Shown here piece after piece: positions 9,225-17,636 of a DNA stretch of 64,000 bases (positions are counted from its first letter, which is position 1; each line of letters opens with the position of its first letter). A program made the translations under genes and the position numbers. The notes below the pieces were generated by a model. That model was not told where the DNA came from and did not search any database. It saw nothing but the letters and a program-made list of their open reading frames with translations. Source of the DNA: an uncultured Coriobacteriaceae bacterium (GTDB lineage Bacteria > Actinomycetota > Coriobacteriia > Coriobacteriales > UMGS124); assembly GCA_900539345.1 (NCBI GenBank), contig UQBS01000001.1, forward strand, positions 6,938 to 70,937, in the 5' to 3' direction.

Positions 9225-9260
9225 AAGCCGAGGCCGTCTTAGATATAGAGGCCTCGGCTT
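9225..9260 (-). terminator. hairpin AAGCCGAGGCC...GGCCTCGGCTT downstream of the endolysin gene
   Basis: 11-bp perfect stem read directly, 39 nt after the endolysin stop. Confidence 0.55.
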
Positions 9261-9298
9261 TGTCTGTCTTGCGCTTTTTGGTTTGATGGCGCAAAAAA

Positions 9299-10048
9299 CT
9301 AGCGGGCTAAGACCGCGCGGATGCGACCGACGCTGCCGGCCTTGTCGAACTTGTACTCGGGGACGACGCTGCCGTCCTTGCCGAGCAGCCCCTTGAGGGA
9401 CTCGTACTCCCCGTCGCTCTCGATGCCGCTCAGCTTGCGGGCGGCGGCGTCCCAGTAGTAGCGGCCCTCGGGTGCCGTGATCAGTGCCCTCTCGACCATC
9501 TGCATGCCTCCAATCTCGTCTGTCTGCTTGTCGTGCGTGCCTGCCTGTCCCGTGATGCGCGCGTGCAGCTCGCGCCACGCGCCCTCGTCTATGTACGCCT
9601 CGGGGCACGCCTTGTGCGGGTCCGCTGTGCGCCACGAGGCGAAGACGTCGACGACGTCGTGGTGCCTGATGACGCACTCGGCGGGGATGCCGTGGCGGCG
9701 CATCACGTCGCGCACCAGCTCGCCGAGCAGCCCCACCTCGCGCGGGCTGAAGCCCTCGCCGTCCCCGGCGACGACCTCGATGGATATGTGGTGCGTGTTC
9801 GCGCCGTAGTTGCCGCACGTCCAGGCGCCGCGCGACTCGTCGGTCGAGGCGTAGACCCCGTCGTCGCCGACGAAGTAGTGCGCGCCGCAGGGGTAGGTCA
9901 TGTTGCCACTGTAGTAGCACAAGGCGTTGGCGCGCGCCGTCTCGCCGGCGGCCCGCCCCGCGCCCCCGGTGTAGTGCACGACGACGTGCGTCGGGTCGTT
10001 CCAGCTGTACGACCCGTTCGTCGTGACGTAGTCGCGGTTAATCTCCAT
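9299..10048 (-). CDS. endolysin, N-acetylmuramoyl-L-alanine amidase (Amidase_2/PGRP type) with C-terminal binding region
   Basis: HVVVHYTGG, HHISIEV and HHDV...KACP motifs. Overlaps the holin stop, and is the last gene of the late operon. Confidence 0.85.
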   Translation of the reverse strand: MEINRDYVTTNGSYSWNDPTHVVVHYTGGAGRAAGETARANALCYYSGNMTYPCGAHYFVGDDGVYASTDESRGAWTCGNYGANTHHISIEVVAGDGEGFSPREVGLLGELVRDVMRRHGIPAECVIRHHDVVDVFASWRTADPHKACPEAYIDEGAWRELHARITGQAGTHDKQTDEIGGMQMVERALITAPEGRYYWDAAARKLSGIESDGEYESLKGLLGKDGSVVPEYKFDKAGSVGRIRAVLAR

Positions 10049-10412
10049 TGCCTGCCCCCGTCTTGTCCTCGAGGAGCCGCCCCAAGGGAGAGTCCTTCAA
10101 GGCCGGATAGCCCTTGCAGGTGTTCTCCCATATGGAGACCAACTCCATGAGGATGACGATGACGCAGACGGGCACCGTGCCCAGCCCCTCGATGGAGAGC
10201 CCGGCCACATGCTGGGCGATCACCTCAAGCGCGTACACCGCGACGATGACGAGGGCGATGCTGGCCTTGTGCAGGATGCCCTCGCGTATCTTGACGCTTT
10301 GCAGGCACTTGTTGACGACCGCCTGCAGAAAGCCGCTCGCGACGTCGAGCAGCATGAAAAGGCAGGCGCCGCCAATCGCCCAAAGCTGGACCTCTGTCAG
10401 GAACTCCCCCAT
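10038..10412 (-). CDS. phage holin (LL-H / holin_4_1-like)
   Basis: 124 aa with three hydrophobic helices. LLDVASGFLQAVVNK...KIREGILHK motif typical of this holin family. Confidence 0.8.
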   Translation of the reverse strand: MGEFLTEVQLWAIGGACLFMLLDVASGFLQAVVNKCLQSVKIREGILHKASIALVIVAVYALEVIAQHVAGLSIEGLGTVPVCVIVILMELVSIWENTCKGYPALKDSPLGRLLEDKTGAGNGD

Positions 10413-10628
10413 TCGCTTCCTTTCTCTCTGTGCCCTGAAAACGGGCGCGTCACTTTCGCTGGCCGGAAACTTACGTCCCAGCGGCGCGGCTACTCCGTCG
10501 CCGCGTCGGCACCGGCGGCGGAGCCGCCACCACCTCCCTGCTCCTCCCGCGCGTCCTGCGCGTCCAGGCCGTCGTGGTACGCGGCCGCCAGCCCCTCGAC
10601 CTCGGCGATGCCCGCCCTGCCGACGCCC

Positions 10629-13250
10629 CTATGCCTGGAGCATGCGGTTCAGGTCGCGGAAGACGGCGTCAGCTATCTGGTCGTAGCCGTCGTCCGAGGG
10701 GTGCACGCCGTTCGTCTGGTACGCCTCGGTCTTGGCGCTGCGGGCGTTGACCGGCCTCGTGGACTCCGGCATGCTGTTCTCGGTGTCGAACTGCCCCGCG
10801 ACGTTGACGAAGTGCACGTTGCCGTGCGACTTGGCGATGTCCGCGTACAGGTCGTTGAACTCGAACACCTTCCTGAGCTTGTCGAGGTAGTTCCACCCGC
10901 AGCCGTAGTTGCGCCCGAAGCCGTCGAGCGACGGCACCTGGAGGCCGAGGAGGCATATCTGGCAGGCGGGGTACGCGGACGACAGGTTCGATATGAACTC
11001 CTCGACGTGGCTCCTGTACGCGCCGGCGGAGAGGTAGGTGCTGTTCCACCCGAGGAGCACGTAGCAGTAGTCGATGCCGGAGGCCCCAAGGGACTCGGCG
11101 TACCTCGCGAAGTCCACCCTGCCCGCGGACTCGTCCCAGAACGGGTTGCCCGCCGCGAGCTCCGACGCGGTGAAGGCGATGTCGGACGTGTCGGAGCCGC
11201 CGGACAGGTGGGCGAGCGTCCCTGCCTGCGGCATCTTCCCGGAGCCAGCCGTCCGTATCATCTTGATGCGGCCGGCCTCGATGGTCTCGACCTTCCACGT
11301 CGAGCCGCCGCAGGTGTATAGCGAGTGCTGGTCAGCCTCCGTCTTCGCGTGCTCGCAGGTCACCCACACGAAGGCGTCTGACTTGCCCTCGCCGTTGTAG
11401 CTCGCGAACGTCCACCCGCCGTTGCCCTCGTACCCGGCCCCGCCGGCGCTGTGCGTACCGATGTAGCGGACGTTCGACAGCCCGAGGTCGGCCGGAGACC
11501 CGCCGCTGCCGGTGAGCCTGCGGAAGCTCTCCTGCGCCCAGCGGCCGTTCGACAGGAGCGAGTCGCCGACGCACAGGACGTTCTTGACAGTCTCCGGCGA
11601 CGTCGCGGCGGCGGAGGCGACGAGCTCGACGGTCTTCGAGGCGAGCTCGGCCCCGCAGTCGTCCTCGAGCGCCAGCCTGAGCGTGTGCGTCCCGGGCTCC
11701 TCGGGCCTGTAGTCGTACTTGCGGCGCCAGCACGACCCGACCTCGCATTCGGCGCGGATGCTGTAGGCGTACGGGTCGACGGCCTGCACGACACCCTTCC
11801 AGAAGAGCTCGAAGGTGTCTCCGACCACGAGGTCGTAACGGTCAGGGAGGCTGATGCCGACGGCCTTCGCGCCCGAGCCGCCCGATGCGGGGACGAGCAG
11901 CGACGCGGCGACTCTTTCCGATGTGCCGTCGTGAAAACTCCCAATATCGACAGGCATGTCGCCGTTGGCCGCGTACCGCGTCACGTTCGCCGCGCCATTG
12001 CCGCCGACGAAGCCGAAGCTCGCCTTGCGGTTCGCGGCCGCGCCGAGGCAGAACGCCTCGCCCGCCCTCAAGCTCCCGACGAACCGGAAGTCGACGTGGC
12101 CGACGGTGCCGGCCTTGATGTCGCAGGCCACCGCCTGCCTCAGCTCGGTCGCGCACCCGCCAATCTCGCCGCGGCCGAAGTACCCGGTGGCCTCGGTGAT
12201 GTCGGCGTCTCGCGCCTTCATGTACACTCGGAACCCGGCGAAGGTCACGTCGCGCTGCAGGGAGAACTGGGTGACCCACCCTGAGAACGTCGAATTCGCA
12301 TAGGTCTCATAGTTCGGCGCCTTGTCGACGGTGCGCAGCTCCTCGACGTCGAAGAGGGAGACTGCTAAGTCTGCCGTCTTGACGGCGCTCGACGCATCTG
12401 ACAGCGCGTCGGAGGCGTCGATGCGCGCATGCGCCGCCGCGTCGGCGAGGTAGCCGTCGCCCATGTAGACGTCGAGCGGGAGCTCGATGCCGGAACCGTT
12501 GACGTTCCTGTTGACGACCATCCACCTGGCGTGCTCGGGGACGGTCACCTCGTGCACTCCGACCCTGGCGTACCTGACGGCCCCGAAGACACCGGAGGAC
12601 TCGACGTCCTCCGAGGCCGCGAACGCGCACAGCGCGATGTACTCGTTGTACAGGCCGGCCGCGGAGTTGTCGAAGTACACGGTGTCGCCGGGCACGCACC
12701 TGATTGGGTCGGAGTGCCCGAAGCCGGGCGAGGCCTTGGGGTCGACGAACCCCCAGACGCCGCTCGGCTTCACGAACTTGCCGGCGGTTCCCGTCTCGAA
12801 CGTCAGGCCGACGCCGCACCTCCTGACGTCCCTGACCTGCCCGGCCACCGCCTCGCCCGCCTCGCGGGCGGAGGCGGCCGCGCTCGTCGCCTCCTGCGTG
12901 GCCTTCGCAGCACCCGCTATGTCGGCGTCTTGGCCGGGCTCGCCCTTGTCGCCCTTGGGGCCCTGCGGGCCGGTGGGGCCGGCCGCGCCGGTGTCGCCCT
13001 TGGGGCCGGTCGCGCCCGTGGCGCCGACGAAGTCGCCCCTGTCGAGCCTGCCCTGCACGTCGTCGGCCACCTCGGTCGCTCGCTTTGCGGCCCCGTCAGC
13101 CTCGCCTGCGGCCGTCTCGGCGGCCGTGGCTGCACTCGTCGCCTCTGCGGCCGCGTCTCTGGCCGCCTGCGCCGCCTGCCCGTACCTCTTGTCGTACTCG
13201 CGCAGGTGGTGCGCCCTGACCAGCGCGTTGCTGTCCACACCCAATGTCAT
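10629..13250 (-). CDS. tail fibre / receptor-binding protein with collagen-like Gly-X-Y run and C-terminal SGNH (GDSL) esterase domain
   Basis: GATGATGPKGDTGAAGPTGPQGPKGDKGEPGQ repeat. C-terminal VLCVGDSLLSNG and GVHPSDDGYDQIA motifs. Start at 13250 overlaps the upstream stop as ATGA. Confidence 0.75.
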   Translation of the reverse strand: MTLGVDSNALVRAHHLREYDKRYGQAAQAARDAAAEATSAATAAETAAGEADGAAKRATEVADDVQGRLDRGDFVGATGATGPKGDTGAAGPTGPQGPKGDKGEPGQDADIAGAAKATQEATSAAASAREAGEAVAGQVRDVRRCGVGLTFETGTAGKFVKPSGVWGFVDPKASPGFGHSDPIRCVPGDTVYFDNSAAGLYNEYIALCAFAASEDVESSGVFGAVRYARVGVHEVTVPEHARWMVVNRNVNGSGIELPLDVYMGDGYLADAAAHARIDASDALSDASSAVKTADLAVSLFDVEELRTVDKAPNYETYANSTFSGWVTQFSLQRDVTFAGFRVYMKARDADITEATGYFGRGEIGGCATELRQAVACDIKAGTVGHVDFRFVGSLRAGEAFCLGAAANRKASFGFVGGNGAANVTRYAANGDMPVDIGSFHDGTSERVAASLLVPASGGSGAKAVGISLPDRYDLVVGDTFELFWKGVVQAVDPYAYSIRAECEVGSCWRRKYDYRPEEPGTHTLRLALEDDCGAELASKTVELVASAAATSPETVKNVLCVGDSLLSNGRWAQESFRRLTGSGGSPADLGLSNVRYIGTHSAGGAGYEGNGGWTFASYNGEGKSDAFVWVTCEHAKTEADQHSLYTCGGSTWKVETIEAGRIKMIRTAGSGKMPQAGTLAHLSGGSDTSDIAFTASELAAGNPFWDESAGRVDFARYAESLGASGIDYCYVLLGWNSTYLSAGAYRSHVEEFISNLSSAYPACQICLLGLQVPSLDGFGRNYGCGWNYLDKLRKVFEFNDLYADIAKSHGNVHFVNVAGQFDTENSMPESTRPVNARSAKTEAYQTNGVHPSDDGYDQIADAVFRDLNRMLQA

Positions 13251-14137
13251 GCCTCCCTCTTGATGTACGCCATCATGTCCGCGTCGTCCACGTCGCTCCA
13301 CACGGGGCTGCTCGACGCGGCCTCGGCCTGCCCCGTGGCGTAGAGCCACATGTCCCCGTCGGTCGGGTCGCCGAGCATGAGCGTCAGCTCGCCGTCCACG
13401 CGGGACACGGTGTCGGCGGCCTTGGCCGCGTACTCCTCGGCGCTGGCCGCGCTGGCCCCCGCCTTACTCGCGCTGCCGTCGGCAAGCGCTTTTGCCGCTT
13501 CTGCGTCAGACTGCGCCGTCTTCGCCGCTGATGCCGACCGGCTCGCCGCGCCCTTGCTTTTCTCAGCCGCCGTCGCGCTCTTGCCGGCCTCGTCCCGCTT
13601 CGCGGCCGCCTCGCTTGCGTATTCCGCCGCCCTTCCCGCATCGGACTTGGCCGCGCCGGCGCTTGCCTTCGCCGCCTCGGCGCTCTCGGAGGCGGACCGC
13701 TGGGACTCCTTCAACAGCTCCATGAGCGCGTCGAGCTCGCGGCGGTACTCGGGGGCCTCGCCGGCAGGCATGTCCGCGCCGGCGCTGACGACCAGCGCGA
13801 AAGCCTCGGTCGAGCCGACGACCCTCCCGCCGTCCGTCACGCGCACGTAGACCAGGCATAGGCCGGGCCTTGAGGCCCACTCGGACTTGAGCGTCACATG
13901 CCAGGTGCCGTCCCCCGCCTGGCCCATACCTTGCTCGACGACCTCGTGCAGGGAGTTCACCCCGACGAGGTCGACGCGCATGTCCCCGACGTCGGCGGCC
14001 TCTCCGCCGGAGCGGAGCGTGACGCGGAGCGCGCAGCTCATCGCGTCGCCCTGCCTTACGTGCACGGCCTGGTCGCCCCTCGCGCCTGCCGCCTTCGCGA
14101 GGTCGAGGGCCAGCTCGTGCGTGACAAACGGTTCCAA
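13247..14137 (-). CDS. baseplate upper protein-like (BppU N-domain) with Ala-rich coiled coil
   Basis: N-terminal VHVRQGDAMSCALRVTLRSGG pattern of BppU_N, followed by a long AEAAKASAGAAKSDAG-type helical stalk. Confidence 0.6.
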   Translation of the reverse strand: MEPFVTHELALDLAKAAGARGDQAVHVRQGDAMSCALRVTLRSGGEAADVGDMRVDLVGVNSLHEVVEQGMGQAGDGTWHVTLKSEWASRPGLCLVYVRVTDGGRVVGSTEAFALVVSAGADMPAGEAPEYRRELDALMELLKESQRSASESAEAAKASAGAAKSDAGRAAEYASEAAAKRDEAGKSATAAEKSKGAASRSASAAKTAQSDAEAAKALADGSASKAGASAASAEEYAAKAADTVSRVDGELTLMLGDPTDGDMWLYATGQAEAASSSPVWSDVDDADMMAYIKREA

Positions 14138-14152
14138 TCATGCCTCCAATTC

Positions 14153-15100
14153 CTATGCCCACCCGAAGACCCTGTAGAGCCTGAGCTTGCCGTCCGACGT
14201 CGCCGTGCCTGTCGGGGAGATGTACAGCTCGGTGTTGTTCGACATGGTGAGCGTGCCGGCCTGGTCGACCGCCACCGTGACGCTCGCCGTGTAGAGGGCC
14301 GCGCCGTCGGATACCGTGCGGGACAGCGAGGTCGTGCCGCACGCATACGGCTGGTGGAGGCGCTGCGTGTACTGGCGCTTCCCGTCGCCGAAGACGAACT
14401 CGAGGAAGAGGTACCCCGACAGCTTGTAGCCGCCGAGGCTGAGCTTGCGGGTTCCGGTGGTCATCCCGCTCTCGTCGATCAGGAGCGTCTCCACGCCCGG
14501 CACGACGAGCGACGGCCAGTCGGTGTACATCGTGTCGAGCGGCGTCATGGTCGTGGCGGAGTGGCCACGCTTGCGTATCGAGGTGCCGTTTATGACCGCC
14601 ATGGGCACGCCGGCGGCGCTGCGCACCTCGAACGCGCCATCGGCGGACACGACGCTGTAGGCCGTGGCGCGATTGCCGTCCCCGTCGACCTTCCCGACCT
14701 CGACACCCTGCGCCGTGGCCTTGATGACGGTCGACAGGGCGTCGACCGCGCCCTGTGGGTCGACCTTCTCGCTTATCTTCGCCTCAAGCCCCTTGGCCGT
14801 CTTGCTCACGTCCACCTTGGTCGCGTAGGTCTGGGCCATCGTGCCGAGCGCCACGACGGTGTACGCGCCTCCCTGCTTCACGATCTTGACGCGCTCGCCC
14901 TTGCGCACGGGCGCGTCGACGCGCACCTCGACCTCCTCGTCGGAGCCGTCCATGAGCACGCGCACGGTCTCGCCGGCCGCCGCGTCCCCCTGCGCCGTGC
15001 CGTACCTCGTGGACGTCGCGGCCGCCCGCGGCGAGCCTGACGCGGCGCGGGTTCCCATGACGGACGCCAGGGAGCGCGCGATGTCGACGGTCGTGGCCAT
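14153..15100 (-). CDS. phage tail/baseplate protein (function unassigned)
   Basis: 315 aa in frame with track ORF 14153-15628. ATG at 15100 overlaps the upstream TGA (TGATG). Position lies within the tail-tip module. Confidence 0.6.
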   Translation of the reverse strand: MATTVDIARSLASVMGTRAASGSPRAAATSTRYGTAQGDAAAGETVRVLMDGSDEEVEVRVDAPVRKGERVKIVKQGGAYTVVALGTMAQTYATKVDVSKTAKGLEAKISEKVDPQGAVDALSTVIKATAQGVEVGKVDGDGNRATAYSVVSADGAFEVRSAAGVPMAVINGTSIRKRGHSATTMTPLDTMYTDWPSLVVPGVETLLIDESGMTTGTRKLSLGGYKLSGYLFLEFVFGDGKRQYTQRLHQPYACGTTSLSRTVSDGAALYTASVTVAVDQAGTLTMSNNTELYISPTGTATSDGKLRLYRVFGWA

Positions 15101-16182
15101 CAGCACCACCTCACAATCCGCAGTTTTGTCTTTGTGAGCCGCCCGGGGGTCAGGCTGCCGACCTCCATCTGCACGACCTGGCAGTCGACGCACAGGGTCC
15201 CGTCGCAGTCGGCGTCGTTGACGTAGCGCACGACGTCTCCGACGCCCAGGCCGGGGATGCCGACGTGCTCTATCTCGATGTGGACGGTCTCGCCCGAGTT
15301 CTCTGCGAGGTACGCCTTCGCGGCCGCCTGCAGCCCTCCCTCGGGGGGCTCCGTCACCCGGACGACCTCGGTCCTGTGGTAGCCGATCGAGTCGTAGCTC
15401 CACTCGGACGCCTGCGGGAGGTCTGCGACGGCCTTCTGGCAGCCGCCCTCGGTGCTCAGGTAGTAGACGACCCGGTTGAGGATCTTCGACCTCGTCGAGT
15501 CCCATGAGACGCCCGGCACGTAGACGCAGTTGCTCCCGGCCTCGAAGACGTAGGACGGCTCCAGGTCGCCCGGCGCCGCCTTCTGCCTCAGCAGCAGCGA
15601 CCCGTCGGCCTGCGGCATCACCTCGCACCCGAGCCAGGCGGCCATCTCCCTGACGACGTCGAGCTTGCCTTCACCAAGCTCGAACCATATGTCCGAGCCC
15701 GTGCGTCTCGACGCCGGCACGTCAGCGGCGACGGCGAGCCTGCCGCCGTCCGCCTCCACGACCGCGCGTATGGCGTCGACCACGACGGTCCCGGCGGGCC
15801 GCGCGAAGTCGTTCATAAGCACGTCGCTGCTGTGCCTCCAGAGCGCCGAGTAGCAGGTCAGCTGGCTGCTTGCGTGCCCGTGCTTCGTCAGTTTCGAGCA
15901 GTTGTCGACGAAGAAGGTGCCGAGGGCGTCGGCGGCCTGCGTGCCGTCCGGCATGGTCACGACGTCGGTCAGGCGCAGCATGTATCCCTTCCCGCCGCGC
16001 CGATAGTCGGCGCCGGAGGCGAGCTGGACCGTCGCGCCGACGACGTTGGTCGACTCGTAGTCGTACGTGACCGAGGAGGCAGTCGGCACGAAGTCCACCT
16101 CTCCGACGACCTTGAGCGTGAAGGGGTCGACGAGCTCGCAGCGGTAGTCGTCGACGCGGCCCGACGCCGCCCAGTCCGTCAT
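15100..16182 (-). CDS. tail-tip protein (Tal / siphovirus Gp37-like)
   Basis: 360 aa immediately after Dit. Its position fits actinobacterial siphovirus tail proteins. Confidence 0.6.
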   Translation of the reverse strand: MTDWAASGRVDDYRCELVDPFTLKVVGEVDFVPTASSVTYDYESTNVVGATVQLASGADYRRGGKGYMLRLTDVVTMPDGTQAADALGTFFVDNCSKLTKHGHASSQLTCYSALWRHSSDVLMNDFARPAGTVVVDAIRAVVEADGGRLAVAADVPASRRTGSDIWFELGEGKLDVVREMAAWLGCEVMPQADGSLLLRQKAAPGDLEPSYVFEAGSNCVYVPGVSWDSTRSKILNRVVYYLSTEGGCQKAVADLPQASEWSYDSIGYHRTEVVRVTEPPEGGLQAAAKAYLAENSGETVHIEIEHVGIPGLGVGDVVRYVNDADCDGTLCVDCQVVQMEVGSLTPGRLTKTKLRIVRWC

Positions 16183-16785
16183 CTACACCACCTCCGCGTA
16201 CTTGATCGACACCTCGGCGCCCCAACGACGCATGACCGTCGAGACGCCCGTGACCGCGACGAGCTTCCTCGAGCCGTCCGGGGACTTGACGATGCAGCTC
16301 TTGGCGAACGCGAGGCGCTCGGCGTCGCGCTGCGCCGATGGCCCGACGAGGGACATCGCCGCCTTGCCGGTCGCCTGGCCGCCAACGCCGTAGAAGGCGC
16401 TGCAGCGCTCGCGGCCTGACAGCTTCACGGTCGTCATCTCGGCGGCGCCGCTCCACGACCAGCCTGGCTGCAGCAGGACCTCGTACTCTTTGCCGGTTGC
16501 GAGGTCGACGATCTTGCCAACGGCAAGCTCGACCGTAGCGGTAGCGGTCGCGGGCCTGCTCAGGCCGACGGCCGAGCTTGCCCCTGCCCCGACGGCCTCG
16601 AACGTCGCCTCTCCGGGCGGCAGCGCGCGGAAGACGGCCGAGCCGCCGACGCCGACGTCGACCGTGTCGCACGCAAGGCACGAGCCCTTGAGCTTGACCG
16701 TCGCGCGGGAGATGGGCGAGCCGCGGTCGCCGGAGTCGCCGACCCTGACCGTCACGCTGTCGCCGTGCACGGAGGCCGAGAGCAG
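16183..16785 (-). CDS. C-terminal extension frame of the distal tail protein (Ig/CarboxypepD_reg-like), reachable only by -1 shift or a 1-nt indel at the C8 tract
   Basis: 200 codons of protein-like sequence (SVTVRVGDSGDRGSPISRATVKLKG...) with no credible own start or RBS. The frame opens exactly at the homopolymer. Confidence 0.55.
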   Translation of the reverse strand: MLSASVHGDSVTVRVGDSGDRGSPISRATVKLKGSCLACDTVDVGVGGSAVFRALPPGEATFEAVGAGASSAVGLSRPATATATVELAVGKIVDLATGKEYEVLLQPGWSWSGAAEMTTVKLSGRERCSAFYGVGGQATGKAAMSLVGPSAQRDAERLAFAKSCIVKSPDGSRKLVAVTGVSTVMRRWGAEVSIKYAEVV

Positions 16786-17636
16786 GGGGGGGTGTTGCAC
16801 TTGCTCCTGTCCTGTATCTCGACCGTGGCCGAGGCGGCGGCGAGGCTGTAGCCGATCGGCTTGTACGCCGCGTTCACGCGCACGGCGACGCGGCACTCGG
16901 CGGCCCTGGGCATCACGGCGAGCTCCTTGATGCCTATCCGGGCGCGCGTGCCCTGCAGCGTCGTCCACACGCTCCTGTCGGCCGGCAAGGCCTGCAGGCC
17001 GCCGATGGAGAGGGCCTCGACGCAGCACCTGTCGTCCGAGCGCGCCCACGTCCCCGACCGGTCGAGGACGATGTCGAGGCCCTGCAGGTCGTATGCGACC
17101 GACGCGACCGAGTAGCTCGGGATGTACCCGACCCAGGAGTCGGCCCTCGCGGTCGGCGACACGGTTTCGCCGTCGGGGCCGGTGACGCCCGACACGTACT
17201 CCGTGTGGGCCGAGACCCTGAAGTGGAGCTCGTCGTAGCGCCGCGCGTCGAACGACCAGTCGGCGCCCGTGAAGCTGCCGGCCGGCACAATCGCCGAGAG
17301 CGCGACCGCGCACTCGTAGCACCCGTCAGACCGCACGATCGCGGCGGACCTCGATGCAGAGCCGGTCTCCGGCAGCTCCCATGCGTACGAGCCCGAGCGC
17401 CACGTCGTGCCGTAGGCCGTGTCGGGCCTCGTCTCGGTGGCGCGTGGCACGCCGAGCCAGTCGAGGCGCAGGTGCGCCCGCGCGTTGACGGCGCGGTCGC
17501 TCATCATGCGCCACCTGACGAACGGCTCCATGCCGGAGGGGCCGCCGTCCTCGACGCGCACCGAGCTGCCGCCGGTCGACAGCAACGCGTCCTGCGCGGT
17601 CGAGGCGAGGACGAGCCCCAGGTTGCTGATTGCCAC
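16752..17636 (-). CDS. distal tail protein (Dit), short form
   Basis: 294 aa immediately after the tape measure gene. After the C8 tract the last 10 codons (CSRPPCTATA) look like out-of-frame read-through. Confidence 0.65.
   Translation of the reverse strand: MAISNLGLVLASTAQDALLSTGGSSVRVEDGGPSGMEPFVRWRMMSDRAVNARAHLRLDWLGVPRATETRPDTAYGTTWRSGSYAWELPETGSASRSAAIVRSDGCYECAVALSAIVPAGSFTGADWSFDARRYDELHFRVSAHTEYVSGVTGPDGETVSPTARADSWVGYIPSYSVASVAYDLQGLDIVLDRSGTWARSDDRCCVEALSIGGLQALPADRSVWTTLQGTRARIGIKELAVMPRAAECRVAVRVNAAYKPIGYSLAAASATVEIQDRSKCNTPPCSRPPCTATA
16785..16792 (-). repeat. C8 homopolymer (G8 on + strand) at the Dit frame junction
   Basis: Read directly: AAC ACC CCC CCC TGC on the coding strand. 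Confidence 0.95.

Noticed and set aside
10413-10628. A small minus-strand ORF between the fibre and holin genes (frame reading ...IAEVEGLAAAYHDGLDAQDAREEQGGGGGSAAGADAATE).
   Set aside because: No ATG/GTG/TTG start with an RBS is found in frame after the fibre stop. It is under 60 aa and compositionally biased.
10629-13250. A diversity-generating retroelement acting on the tail fibre.
   Set aside because: No reverse transcriptase gene and no template/variable repeat pair could be found in or near the tail module.
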